From the NCBI GenBank assembly GCA_002269645.1, contig NIVC01000143.1, positions 558,001-622,000 on the forward strand: DNA of 64,000 nucleotides. The letters run 5' to 3'. Shown piece by piece: positions 1 through 16,929 of the stretch; positions within the stretch are counted from its first letter, which is position 1; each line of letters starts with the position of its first letter. A model generated the notes under the pieces. It was not told the origin of the DNA. It saw only the letters and a list, made by a program, of their open reading frames with translations, and searched no databases. Source of the DNA: Macrostomum lignano (Eukaryota). A program made the translations under genes and the position numbers.

Positions 1-1030
1 CACCCTCTCCACCCACTCTCCGCCCTCTCTCCACCCACCTTGCCCTCTCTCTGCCCTCTCTCCACCCTCTCCACCCTCTCTCCACCCTCTCTCCACCCTC
101 TCCACCCTCTCTCCACCCTCTCCACCCTCTCCACCCACTCCACCCTCTCCACCCACTCTCCGCCCTCTCTCCACCCTCTCTTCACCCTTTCTCCACCCTC
201 TCCACCCTCTCCACCCTCTCTCCACCTTCTATCCACCCTCTCTCCACCCTCTCCACCCTCTCTCCACCCTCTCTCCACCCTCTCCACCCTCTCCACCCTC
301 TCCACCCTCTCCACCCTCTCTCCACCCTCTCTCCACCCTCTCCACCCTCTCCACCCACTCTCCGCCCTCTCCACCCTCTCCACCCACTCTCCGCCCTCTC
401 CACCCTCTCCACCCACTCTCCGCCCTCTCTCCACCCTCTCTTCACCCTTTCTCCACCCTCTCCACCCTCTCCACCCTCTCTCCACCTTCTATCCACCCTC
501 TCTCCACCCTCTCCACCCTCTCCACCCTCTCCACCCTCTCTCCACCCTCTCTCCACCCTCTCCACCCTCTCCACCCACTCTCCACCCTCTCTCCACCCTT
601 TCTCCACCCTCTCTCCACCCTCTCCACCCTCTCCACCCTCTCCACCCACTCTCCACCCTCTCTCCACCCTCTCTCCACCCTTTCTCCACCCTCTCCACCC
701 ACTCCACCCACTCTCCACCCTCTCTCCACCCTCTCTCCACCCTCTCCACCCACTCTCCACCCTCTCTCCACCCTCTCTCCACCCACTCTCCACCCTCTCT
801 TCACCCTTTCTCCACCCTTTCTCCACCCTCTCTCCACCCTCTCTCCACCCTTCTCCACCCTTCTCCACCCTCTCTCCACCCTCTCTTCACCCTCTCCACC
901 CCTCTCCACCCACTCTCCACCCTCTCCACCCTCTCTCCACCCTCTCCACCCTCTCTCCACCCCTCTCCACCCTTTCCACCCCTCTCCACCCTTTCCACCC
1001 CTCTCCACCCACTCTCCGCCCTCTCTTCAA
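1..1030. repeat. Low-complexity CT-rich tandem repeat (CTCTCCACC-like units), probably intronic
   Basis: Near-continuous ctctccaccct units. It explains the spurious ORFs 40..1125, 182..868, 442..1008 and similar. Confidence 0.95.
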
Positions 1031-1225
1031 CCTGTTTCTTAAATCATCAAGAAGCGCAATCCCTAAAGAACAGGAGTCCAATCGAAATGCTTCGCCGCTG
1101 CAAACGCAGTCAACTACTTAGTTGAATTTTATCCAAGCCAACTCTTACTAAACCGATATCTACATTAGTTCGAAACCTTAACCAAAAAACTTCATCACTG
1201 AACTGGAAACCCGTCAATTTTCTAG

Positions 1226-5814
<4,589 letters not shown>

Positions 5815-6056
5815 ATGCACTTTGGATTTTCCCTTCCAGTTGAACAGACTTGGAGCTTCTTGTATTGTTTTTGCTCATATTTCTATGCCTTACAAACATG
5901 TTTTGTTTAACCAAATCAAATGATTTAAACAAATATTTTGTGACATTTTCTCAGAAAAGTGTTTAGCTTAATAACGGCTGTAAATAGATTATAAAATAAA
6001 GAAAAAATTAATGCAACATGTTTACTCAAAAGACACCCCTTGACTCCTAAATAATT

Positions 6057-6590
6057 CAGACACCCAATACCTCCTTCAGATACCCAATACCTCCTTCAGA
6101 CACCCAGTACCTCCTTCAGACACCCAATACCTCCCCTAGACACCCAATACCTCCTTCAGATACCCAATACCTCCTTCAGACACCCAATACCTCCTTCAGA
6201 TACCCAATACCTCCCCTAGACACCCAATACCTCCCCTAGACACCCAATACCTCCCCTAGACACCCAATACCTCCCCTAGACACCCAATACCTCCCCTAGA
6301 CACCCAATACCTCCCCTAGACACCCAATACCTCCCCTAGAAACCCAATACCTCCCCTAGACACCCAATACCTCCTCAGACACCCAATACCTCTTTCAGAC
6401 ACCCAATACCTCTTTCAGACACCCAATACCTCCTTCAGACACCTAATGCCTCCTTCAGACACCCACCCAATACCTCCTTCAGACACCCAATACCTCCTTC
6501 AGTCACCAAATATCTCCCCTAGACACCCAATACCTCCTCGAGACACCCAATACCTCCTATAGAAATCAAATACCTCCCCTAGACATCCAC
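6057..6590. repeat. 20-bp minisatellite (GACACCCAATACCTCCTTCA / ...CCCCTA)
   Basis: Tandem units downstream of the first gene's 3' UTR. Confidence 0.95.
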
Positions 6591-7737
6591 GTCCCTCAGA
6601 TACACGAAGAACAATAAAAAAATCTTAAACTTAACTTTAAAGATTGATATATAATCGTGAATCAATGAATCAAAGTGCATATTGATATATTTATTTACTG
6701 TATAAACCAATGCTTTCATGTATTTCTACAACTTTCACAATCACTACTTATATTAGCATGTATGTACAATACTGGCAAATTGTTCTTAGTGTCTGTCTGT
6801 CGGTATAATTTAAAAAATAGCGCCTAAAAGGTACATTATAATCGCTCATTAACTGTTTAAGTGTAACAAATTAAAATTAGCTATTGGATTAATTACATTT
6901 TATATAATTAATAAAATTGAGCCAAAGGATAATGAAGTAAACAGGCACATACATATCTTCCGTTAATTGATATTTGAAAATCTGCCTTTTTTGTTTTAGT
7001 TGTTTCGTTTTTCCGAATCAGACGTGTTTTTGGCTTGAAGCAATTTTACAATCGCTGCATTTGAAAAGGACGGTCTCGAAGGGTCGCGAGACTCAGAAGC
7101 GTTCTCTAATGAGCTGCTCTGTCACCCAAGGTTATGAAATGAAAAAGTCTAGTTAAATACCTCTAAGGATCCTCTTTGATCCTCTTTGATCCTCCGCGAC
7201 TGCTTTTAAGTACATTTTAAGCAAGTTTCGAGTTTACATATGATAAATTAAGTTTAAATTCAGCTTATGAAACGCCCCTTAACCATTTTAGGGCCAGAGT
7301 CTGAACAGCTCAATACTATATGAGTACTTGCTGACTAAAGTAATTACTTTTTCATTATTATTTTTTTTAAATTTAGCATTTTCAGCACCAAATCATAAAA
7401 TTTAGCTTTTGTTATAATGCACTATCTCGAAATAGCTCTCTGGTATGGCCTCTGGTACTACGTGTGGGAATACATGTAAGAGTGAAGTCGCAAAGTTGAC
7501 GGTAGAATATTATTGCAAATGAGATTAGTAATCGTTTTATATGCAAAGCATTTTAGTTTAACAAACATCAAGCTATCATCGATAAGCGGAGATAAAAGAC
7601 AGCAAAATTTTAAGTTACTTTTGCAAGAAGTTTGAGACTACTTTGAGCGAGAATTTCTATTCTGTTTTCGTGCACAATGATAGAAGGCTATGTAGCTACA
7701 TTTGCGACTTCGACTTCGACTTCGATTTTTGCATGCA

Positions 7738-7990
7738 TCCAGGCGCGTCGCCACCAGGGGGGGAACGGGGGGGACATGTCCCCCCCCCCAGTAAAAGATC
7801 TGGGGGGACATGCCAATGCTTTGTCCCCCCATTCCAACTTGTGACCCGTTGTGGTAATTAATATATTTTTCTTCAGGGCGCAAAAACATAGCGCCTTCGG
7901 CGCCAAAATGAGAGTCTGCGGTGCCAAAAGGAGTGCCTGCGGCGCCAAAAGGAGTGCCTGCGGCGCAAAAGAGTGCCTGCAGCGCCAAAT
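7738..7990. mobile_element. Fragment of a GC-rich MITE-like repeat (CAGGCGCGTCGCCACC end, GGGGGGACATGTCCCCCC palindrome)
   Basis: Terminal-like motif, internal palindrome and short ~20-bp tandem units. No second end identified. Confidence 0.4.
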
Positions 7991-7994
7991 CACC

Positions 7995-8514
7995 GCGCTC
8001 ACCAGCGCAGCAGATACCCCATTTTGAGATAGAAGCCACGCGATCGCAGGCCTGGACACCGAGTCAAACGCCTTGCGAAAGTCGACGAAGATGATTGACA
8101 CGGAGCGCTGGCGGGTCTTACAGGCCTCCGAGCACTGAGGACCATGCGAGCTGATGCCGCCGCTGGGATGGACGCCATCCCTCCCAGGGTCCTGAAGCTG
8201 CCCGAGCTCACCCCGATCATCACCAGCCTGTTGTACATGTACCAGCACTGCAGCCTTGGAGGCAACGAGACTGCCTCAGCTCCTCAGCAATGACGCACCT
8301 CCAAGACTGTCTCCATCTCTGAGAAAGCTACCCCACCAGCCTGGACAACCAGCGGGGCATCGCGCTGGAATGCACAACGCCGAAGCTGCTGAACGCGATT
8401 CTGCGCAACCGCCTCCTACCCGGCCTCAACCCGCTGCTGCTGAGCCTCCAAAGTGGCTTCCGCCCGGGCAGGTCCACTACCGAGCAAGTTGCCACCATCC
8501 GCTGTGTCATCGAT
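7995..8514. mobile_element. Non-LTR (LINE) reverse transcriptase fragment, internally inverted
   Basis: + strand 8129-8514 reads ALRTMRADAAAGMDAIPP...DNQRGIALECTTPKLLNAILRNRL...LQSGFRPGRSTTEQVATIRCVID. - strand 8128 to ~7995 reads EACKTRQRSVSIIFVDFRKAFDSVSR, the next RT motif. Confidence 0.85.
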
Positions 8515-8539
8515 CAGCAGACTGGACGTCGCATTCTCG

Positions 8540-8690
8540 GTGCGTCCATTCACGAACACCCCTGCGGCTAAGTCAGGTAAGTCAATGATCCGCAATTGTC
8601 CAGCTCGATGAAGCGCTGAGCCCTGCGAGTTCTCTTCAGGTGCAGCACCCAGGTGTAGGACGCCGTGAAGTCCAGACCTGTGGGGGCGTC
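8540..8690 (-). pseudogene. Inverted fragment of a paralog of the 8947-9945 gene
   Basis: 8627-8690 is a near-identical reverse complement of 9466-9529. Similarity continues at protein level (RTRRAQRFIELDNC vs RTPGEVVFLELSSC). Confidence 0.75.
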
Positions 8691-8946
8691 CTCAAACCTC
8701 AAATTTGCTGAACTAAAATGACCGTTGCCTCAAAGTCAGAACTCCGGGAACTCTCCACAGCAATTGTAGCGTCAAGGTAAACATGCCGTCAAAATTAACA
8801 AGCTGCTAAAAGCCAATGAGAAACTTAAGCCCATCAGGGCGCCTTCAGCCAAAAGCTCAAAACTGCGGTACGATCTGATGCCGAGGTTCTCAATACAGGC
8901 AGACTTCTCTTCTACTGACTCACAGAAGCTTGCAATACGTCACAAA

Positions 8947-9945
8947 ATGTCCAGCCTCCTACATCTCGCTGTTCTGTGCGCCTTTGACTGTGTGAACGGA
9001 GACAGAACTGCACAGCACAGAGTAGTCAACAACGACTGCCTGAACTTGTCGCTATCGGTGTGGCAAATGCCGCGACCCTCCGCCTCCCTGCTCAACTGTT
9101 TCATGTCGAGTCGGTCGTTCCGTCTCGGCAGCGTCGGCGTGGTGCAGCGGAACAAGCGAAACGCCTCGTGCGCGCTGTTCCGCTTCGGTGAGGTGTGCCG
9201 CCTGCTCAACTTGACCTCGATCAACTCGTCTACAACGACTGAGAGAGTGGCCGCTGAAAGCACCTGCGACACCGTGGTGGACTCGGAGTACGACGCGATC
9301 GCTGCGAACGAGCACTTCAGTGCTGTGTGGGTCGGAGACAGGGGACTGGCGCTGGAGAACCTGGTGTGCGGCTCCGAGGGACAGAGGAACCCCAGGAAGT
9401 CGCTCAATGTGACCTGGACGAGTGAGGGCGCTCGCATGGACGGAGTCTCGTCTCGGCTGTGGGTGGACGACCCCACAGGTCTGGACTTCACGGAGACCTA
9501 CACCTGGGTGCTGCACCTGAAGAGAACTCCAGGTGAAGTTGTCTTTCTGGAGCTGAGCAGCTGCATCGGATCCGGCAACATGCTCGACCACCTGCAGGAG
9601 TACTCATCGATGGTAGGAGTGAGTCACGCCCTCTACCTAAACCCGGGTTTCTTCGCCAGATTCCAGACCGGCTCGGTGCTGCCTGCGGACCCGAACGAGT
9701 TCTTCATCGCTGGCGTCTCATTCAGAAGGCAGCAGAACCTGACTCGCTTCTTCTATGGAGCAAAGTTTCTACCGACTGCCGGCGTCTTTGATCAGACGAA
9801 AAGCTTCAACCAAGCCGGAGCCTGCATCCATGTGGGCTTTCGGTACAACAACAAGTACATGCTTCAAGGTGTGGTCAGAGCCGTGGCCGTTTCTAATACG
9901 AATCTGCCAGAGGAAGCCATTAATAAAGTTTTCTTCGGAGTTTGA
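8947..9945 (+). CDS. Single-exon secreted protein: signal peptide, PAN/Apple-like Cys domain, LamG/ConA-like C-terminal domain (332 aa)
   Basis: Long ORF 8878..9945 with coding-like codon usage. Second Met gives MSSLLHLAVLCAFDCVNG (hydrophobic leader). The beta-rich C-terminus ends LQGVVRAVAVSNTNLPEEAINKVF, a LamG-like ending. Domain calls are by motif resemblance. Confidence 0.75.
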   Translation: MSSLLHLAVLCAFDCVNGDRTAQHRVVNNDCLNLSLSVWQMPRPSASLLNCFMSSRSFRLGSVGVVQRNKRNASCALFRFGEVCRLLNLTSINSSTTTERVAAESTCDTVVDSEYDAIAANEHFSAVWVGDRGLALENLVCGSEGQRNPRKSLNVTWTSEGARMDGVSSRLWVDDPTGLDFTETYTWVLHLKRTPGEVVFLELSSCIGSGNMLDHLQEYSSMVGVSHALYLNPGFFARFQTGSVLPADPNEFFIAGVSFRRQQNLTRFFYGAKFLPTAGVFDQTKSFNQAGACIHVGFRYNNKYMLQGVVRAVAVSNTNLPEEAINKVFFGV

Positions 9946-11879
9946 AACTCAGTACAGCTTCAAAAGTTAGCACAGAAAAGTTTGCCAACAACATTACTTG
10001 GAAAAACTGTCAATTTAAACGACCAACTATTCAAACATTGTTATTCTGATGTTATTCGAATGAATATGTTACAACTCTTCGATTTTTTCAGTACTTGACG
10101 CCTGTTTCTGCTAGATTGAACTTTCGTAGGTAAATCCCGTAGTGACGCTTCATTATTAATCTCTTTGAACGATTAAAAATCAAACAAGCTACTGACAGCA
10201 ACCGGGAAGGTGTGCACCTTTGACGTTAATTAATCGGAACCTGCAGCCAGCATATCCGTTGTGATTCCTAAATTATGTACATAAAAATTTGTTGAAACCA
10301 CATAATCTTTTGTTGTATTGTCTTATCACTTGTTAAAACCATTTTCTAGTGCTTGGACTATGACTATATTAATGTTGTTGTCTGCAATGAGAATTTTCTG
10401 GATGCAGCACCAAATTTTGTGTGCTCATATACCCGCATAGTTTCTTTCTAAATGAATAACTACAGCTAAGTTGACAAAATTTGTGCCCACCTTCAAATAT
10501 ACTTATAACGCACAACTTTATCTTAACCATCCATCCCTGGTGTGCGTTAATGAAATCCTTATGAAATCCTCAAGGACTACTTGAGTAGAAGGACGGTAAA
10601 CAAGTTTTTTGGAAATGTTTAAGAGGCAAGAGTTTTACCGAAAAAATACACATTACGGAGAATGAACGGTTTCAGTTTTTTCAGCACAAAAATCTATTGA
10701 TATTTATAAAGCCTTTCGTTTAGAAAATTAGAATTCTAAGGTATTTTTTTGAACGAATGTCAGTGTCGGAGTCGCATTCAGCGCTAAGCAGACAGCAGAT
10801 CTTTTATGAAGCTGAAAATTCTGCCATTCATCCAAAGCTTGGGCAGCTTTTTGAGATGCTTTTCAAACCCTGGCCTACCAGTCGAATCGGCTGTTTTGCT
10901 TGACTGGCAACTGACTGGCAACAGAGTCCAATCTTGCATTTGTTTTTCTATGCCTTGTTTGGGGCGGCCTCCCCGGCAACCATGCAGTTCTGGCTGGTTA
11001 TATAGGGGTGGGTGCTCCGGCCCTTTGTTTGAGCCCTCGCCCTCCCCCTACCCCCGCAGCCTGAGCCACTGAAAAAATCGATGACGATTCTATAACAAAT
11101 TATCGCCATCGAATCGTTATAGAATGGCTCAAAGGATCTGTACAAATTCAATGATAGATAATTGGCAGAAATTTCGATACGATATTATGTTGCTATATTA
11201 CGAGTATATTAGCTATGGGAACTTAGAATATTGAAAGAACCTTTCAAAGAATATTACGTGCAGAGTTTTTAAGCAAAGAGAATGATTAAACGAGACATAC
11301 ATGTGTAGTACTGTAGGCCCTTGTACATTCATGTGAAAGTAGCTTATTTTTCATCATTTTGATTATACATAATTGCATTTGACCACAGCAGACATAGAAA
11401 CTTTGAAACTGGAAGCATATGCCAGGGAACCCATCATATCCATATCGCTCACAGTCCGATTGTTCGCCAGCCCTTCTGCTTCCTCCAAGAGGTCTTGCAC
11501 CGCATCCAGCAGACTGGAGACCAGCTTAATCTCAGCTCTCGGGTGAGGACTCGGCCTTGCAGGAATCTTCAGTCCAATTCTTAATTCTGCACATTGGATT
11601 CACAAGCTGGCTGAAAGTCAAAGCTTCAGTGGGTCGCTGAAAATGCTTGCTTTTAGCGGCAGTCCGTTGGCTCCAAACGTAACGGAAAGGTCTTCGGCCA
11701 GGCAGATGTTGCAGGAAACACGGCACACTGGCTGTCTCTAGCATATACAACCTGGATAGCCGTCTGAAAACCAGCTAGTTTGACTGGGCGAGGCTTCCCT
11801 CTCTGTTACTCACCCCTTTTCTCGGCCCAAGCCGGTTTGGTGATACTAATGCGTCTCACTATACCTAGAACAAGCTCAT

Positions 11880-12720
11880 CTCACCGCTCTCGGCCCTTTT
11901 CATTGCTGCGGTTGTATTCCTGCATCTGGAGTTCTGCGCGAGCTGTCGGAACCAATTCGGCATGGCCCTGATGAAAAGTGTCGCCAGAGCTTTTGTTTGG
12001 GGGCCAGGAATAGATGCTGACATCGAGTTGGTTGTAGCAGCTGCCAAGACTGCCAATCCATTAAGCTGCATCCGGTGCTGGCTTCCACTGCACCCCTGGG
12101 TGTGGCCAGACCAGCCCTGGGGACCGCATCCACGTTGACTTTGCTGGGCCGGTTAGACGCCGCCTGCAGTTTCTCCTCTTAGTGGAGGCGACTCAAATCG
12201 GCCGAGCTGGTCCGCAAGCTGCGAGCGTTGTTTGCACAATGGGGCCTCGTATCCAGAACTCGTATCGGACAACGGTCCAGCATTCATCAACCAGGGGCTT
12301 AGCAATGTCTGCAAGGCAAATTGAATTCGCCATGCAAGAAGCAGCCCATATCACGCCAAGACCCACGGACTGGTGGAACGGCTGATGAAGTCGTTCAAGA
12401 TGGCCATGGAGGCGCCACAGAGCAGTCAGCCTGACCTCAACATCCGCCTGTGCAGCTGGCTGCTGGGCTACCGAGCTAGCCCGCACCCAACGACCGGTCG
12501 GACACCAGCGGAGCTCTTCCTGAAGCGGCAGCTTCGGACTCGAATGGATCTGCTGCGGCCGTCAGCCCAGGATCGAGTACTGCGAGAGAAATCGGCCCAG
12601 AAACGACAGCACGACCGGCGGGCGCGAGAGCTGCCGGAGGAGCCGTGGTCGGAGGCCTGGGCCAGGGACTACCGGCCTAATGCGGCGGCCTGGCAGCCAG
12701 CTAAAGTTCTCGAGCAGACC
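11880..12720 (+). pseudogene. Degenerate Ty3/Gypsy integrase (zinc-binding plus DDE core)
   Basis: Frameshifted motifs GMALMKSVARAFVWGPGIDADIE..C..C, PWGRIHVDFAGP, DNGPAF, SSPYH, GLVERLMKSFK and YRASPHPTTGRTPAELF. Confidence 0.88.
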
Positions 12721-13346
12721 GTTCGATCAGAAATTTTTTTTGACGGTACACGTGTCTTGGCTAAGAAATTGCTCAATGCTAAAGGGATCGAATATTCGAA
12801 AAACATGCTTTTATGCAAAGGTCAAGCAGACTTTCCGATTTGAAATGCATTGTAAGAATGCTAGATAAAAAACTGACTGGCTGAATTCCGGATTTGAATC
12901 TCAGTAGTGTAAAGTTTTTTATTTAAACCTTTTATTCAACGTCAAACATAAAAGTTGCGTCAGGTAAAACATGTAAGAAGCCTCAAATTTTTATTAAATT
13001 TTTGGAACAATTTACACGAAAAAGGTGACTTCAAAACTGAAATATGCTCTTAAGAAAATGAGCTTCTTATAAATAAGTTTATTCTCTTGCTTATTGGGCG
13101 CCCCAAAGGGGGGAACTAGATTGCTAGTCCTATATACTAGCAGCAGTTTTAGCCATATAAACTCGGTTTAAAGTTTTCGGCTGCAGCAGAAGCGGCTGTT
13201 TTTCCGGTAGTCTGGACATCCGTCGGTTATCATTGAAGGATTTTCGTCTTTTGCTTATTGGGCGCCCCCCGAAGGGGGCAGTAGATTGCTATCAAAGCAT
13301 GAGAACAGCCATGAGAGTACTACGTCCCACAAACTGGCTTTCCAAG

Positions 13347-14960
13347 CAGGAATGGGCAGACTTTTACCTCAAAGGCCAGAAAAGAATCCAGCTTATGGCT
13401 GAGGGGCAGTTGAGAGGCGAGAGAAGAAGGAATAGACTATTCGAAAAGAGAGGAGAGGTAATAAGGAGAGAAAAGACAATAGGAGAGATGAGGGAGTGAG
13501 GACGATGAGAGGAGAGAGTAGACAGTAGAGTAGCGAGTGGAGAGGAGAGAGTAGAGGAGCGAGTAGAGGAGAGAGTAGAGGAGCGAGTAGAGGAGCGAGT
13601 AGAGGAGAGAGTAGAGTAGCGAGTGGAGAGGAGAGAGCAGAGAGCTGCAGATGAGAGGAGAGCAGAGAGAAGAGCAGAGAGGAGTTAGTAAAGAGGAAAA
13701 AGGAGAGATGAGAAATGAGAGATGAGAGATAAAGGAGGAGAGTGGAGAGAGAAGAGACGAGACAAGAGAGGGAGAGAGTATATAGAAGAGGGAAGAGAAG
13801 AGGAGAAAGGAGAAAGGAAGGTGAGGAGACAAACAAGGTGAAAGAAAAGAGTACAGAGGACAGAATGAGAGAACATATAAGACAGTAAAGATGACAGATG
13901 AAAGAGGGGGGATGAGCTGAGAGCAGAGACGAAAATGAACAGACGAGAGATAAGAGAGAAGAGATTACAGAGACGAAAGGAGAGACAAAAGGGAGAGAGA
14001 AGTGAGTGAGGCGAGAGGAGAGAAAAGAGGAGAATGGAGGGGAGAGAGTAGAGAGGAAAAGAAAGCATTTATAAGCATCTGGGGAAGCAGAGAGAGAGGG
14101 GGAAGCAGAGAGAGGGGGAAGCAGAGAGAGAGGGGGAAGCAGAGACAGGGGGGAGCAGAGAGAGAGGGGGAAGCAGAGAGAGAGGGGGGAAGCAGAGAGA
14201 GAGGGGGGAAGCAGAGAGAGGGGGAAGCAGAGAGAGGGGGGAGCAGAGAGAGAGGGGGAAGCAGAGAGAGAGAGAGGGGGAAGCAGAGAGAGAGAGGGGA
14301 GCAGAGAGAGAGGGGGGGAAGCAGAGAGAGAGGGGGGAAGCAGAGAGAGAGGGGGAAGCAGAGAGAGAGGGGGGAAGCAGAGAGAGAGGGGGAAGCAGAG
14401 AGAGAGGGGGAAGCAGAGAGAGAGGGGGAAGCAGAGAGAGAGGGGGAAGCAGAGAGAGAGGGGGAAGCAGAGAGAGAGGGGGAAGCAGAGAGAGAGGGAG
14501 GAAGCAGAGAAATGAAAAGAGATAAAGGAGAAGAGAGAGAAGAGAAATGAGAGATCAGAGAGCAAATAAAGACGAGAGAGAAGAGAGGTGAAGGAAAAGA
14601 CGAGAGAAGAGTGGGAGGAGAGGAAAGAGAAAAGAAGAGAAAAGAAGATAAAAGAGATGAGATAAGAGAGATGAAAAAGAAGAGAAATGAGGGAAGATAC
14701 GAGAGAAGAGAATAGAGATGAGGGAAGATACGAGAGAAGAGAAGAGAGATGAGGGAAGATACGAGAGAAGAGAAGAGAGATGAGGGAAGATACGAGAGAA
14801 GAGAGGAGAGGAGAGAGAGCAGAGAGGAGAGGAGAGAGAGCAGAGAGGAGAGACGAGGGACGAGAGAGAAGAGAGGAAACAGAAGAGAAGATAGAAATTT
14901 CAAAGGATCCAAGGGACGTAGTGAGAGTCAGAGGCAGAGGCCAGAGTTTGCCAATACATG
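13347..14960 (+). mobile_element. Non-autonomous hAT-like element with a long GA-rich interior
   Basis: Left end CAGGAATGGGCAGACTTTTACCTCAAAGGCCAGA and right end GGCCAGAGTTTGCCAATACATG resemble the ends of the 60147-60825 element. The interior includes a 17-19-bp GGGGGAAGCAGAGAGAG array (14083-14500). The TSD is not cleanly preserved. Confidence 0.6.
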
Positions 14961-15360
14961 TTTTAGAGTCAGACAGACATTAACTGCCTATTTAAAGTAA
15001 AAGCACCCCAGCCAACAATATCAATGTTTGCCTCAAATCCTAATTTCACGCGAATGTACTCCATTTTGTTTACCTCTATCCTACTAACTATAACAAGTTT
15101 TTGTTTCAGTATAAGCTCAGATTTCAGAATACATGCAAAAATAGTTCCGGGGATTGGAATTCCCCGGGTTCAAATTCCGCGGGTTTCAACAGCTTGTTAA
15201 ATATATATAAAACCAAATAAATTTAAGTTGTAGAATCCTCTTTGACCAAGTTTGGTTATAAATGCTATTAAAACCGTACAATACATGTATGTGAATATAT
15301 TTAACTCGCATTTTTAAGCGACTTGGGCTTGATTGACAAGTCATTATTTAACCAAGCAAC

Positions 15361-15954
15361 TCAGTCCGCTTCTTGCTGGATCGGCTCCGCTTCGGCAGCC
15401 AATCTGGCCTGGAGGTCGCGAGTTCGAGGCTCGGATTCGTCGTACAATATTCGCAAACACAGGGAGCAGGTCTGGCACTGCAGCAGTGGCAAGCGGGACA
15501 GCAGCTGGGCTGCGTGAATACCCACCTGTGCAATTGCGGGTGGCTGTTGTGAGCTGTCTGCCTGTCTGTCTGCCTGTCTGTCTGTCTGTCTGCCTGTCTG
15601 TCTGTCTTCCTGTCTGTCTGTCTGTCTGCCTGTCTGTCTGTCTGTCTGCCTTTCTGCCTGCCTGTCTGTCTGTCTGCCTGCCTGCCTGTCTGTCTGCCTG
15701 CCTGTCTGTCTGCCTTTCTGTCTGTCTGTCTGCCTGCCTGCCTGTCTGTCTGTCTGCCTGCCTGCCTGCCTGTCTGTCTGTCTGCCTGCCTGCCTGCCTG
15801 TCTGCCTGCCTGTCTGTCTGTCTGCCTGCCTGTCTGTCTGTCTGTCTGTCTGCCTGTCTGTCTGTCTGTCTGTCTGTCTGTCTGCCTTTCTGCCTGCCTG
15901 TCTGTCTGTCTGCCTGCCTGCCTGTCTGTCTGTCTGTCTGCCTTTCTGCCTGCC

Positions 15955-15999
<45 letters not shown>

Positions 16000-16159
16000 T
16001 TCTGTCTGTCTGTCTGCCTGTCTGTCTGTCTGTCTGCCTGCCTGTCTGTCTGCCTTTCTGCCTGCCTGTCTGTCTGCCTTTCTGCCTGCCTGTCTGTCTG
16101 CCTTTCTGCCTACCTGCCTGCCTGTCTGTCTGCCTGCCTGTCTGTCTGTCTGCCTGTCC

Positions 16160-16254
<95 letters not shown>

Positions 16255-16843
16255 AGCAGACCCAATCCCCGAAAACTCACCCGGTCCCCGCAGCGGCAGT
16301 CCCAAAAGCACTGAAAGCTGCTCAGCAGAGTCCCGTGAGCTGCATCCAGACAAGCGGCTGTGCAATCTTCTTCCATCAGATTGTCCAGTAGTTCGGTCAC
16401 CGTGAGCTCCTCTTGAACAGGGTGGTCCTGCCAGGGGTTGATGCAATTGTTGAAGACACCCCAATATTCCTCACACAGACACCCCAGACACCCTTTGAAA
16501 CCTGAATACCACCCCACCCAGCTTAGATAAATTGATTCACAGGCATTCAAAAGCAAACAGACCTCAACACAACCTCGAGCTGCTCATTCACCTGTTCCCG
16601 CCTGCTCAGCATCAGTGCTGCATCGTACACTCGTCTCAAGCTGGCATCTCGCAGCACAGAATAGGCCATGTTAATCAGATGAAATCCCTCAGCATCTGGG
16701 TTTTTATCTGGGTGATACTTGAGACATGCAGTTTTCCATGCGGCTCTGATACTGGATTGATCGGCTTGCGATGAGACGCCCAACACGCTGTACCAGTCCC
16801 TGCTCACAGGTATTGACTCACCAAACTGCTTTGCCGAAGTCAT
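15361..16843 (-). CDS. DNAJC24: DnaJ homolog subfamily C member 24 / DPH4 (J domain plus CSL zinc finger), 3 exons, 187 aa
   Basis: Exons 16843-16592, 16427-16281, 15525-15361, all phase 0 with GT-AG ends. J domain contains HPD (YHPDK). The CSL finger is CRCG...CQTCSL. Confidence 0.92.
15555..16255. repeat. (GTCT/GCCT)n microsatellite in DNAJC24 intron 2
   Basis: Tetranucleotide run that explains ORFs 15333..16391 and 15994..16464. Confidence 0.97.
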
Positions 16844-16929
16844 TTGTGAGTCACAAAAAACAGCTGGAACAGCTAGAATTTGCAAGAAAGAGACATTTTA
16901 AACATAAATTATTTGAAAAAATCTTACTG

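Noticed and set aside
40-1125. Long P/S/L/T/H and G/W/R/E ORFs
   Set aside because: Translations of a CT-rich microsatellite that is open in several frames on both strands.
11400-11780. Degenerate coding-like stretch on the minus strand next to the Gypsy integrase
   Set aside because: Interrupted by stops and has no recognisable motif.
13393-14983. L/S/P-rich and E/R/G-rich ORFs up to 390 aa
   Set aside because: GA-rich low-complexity transposon interior; the same applies to 60230-60730 and 63061-63666.
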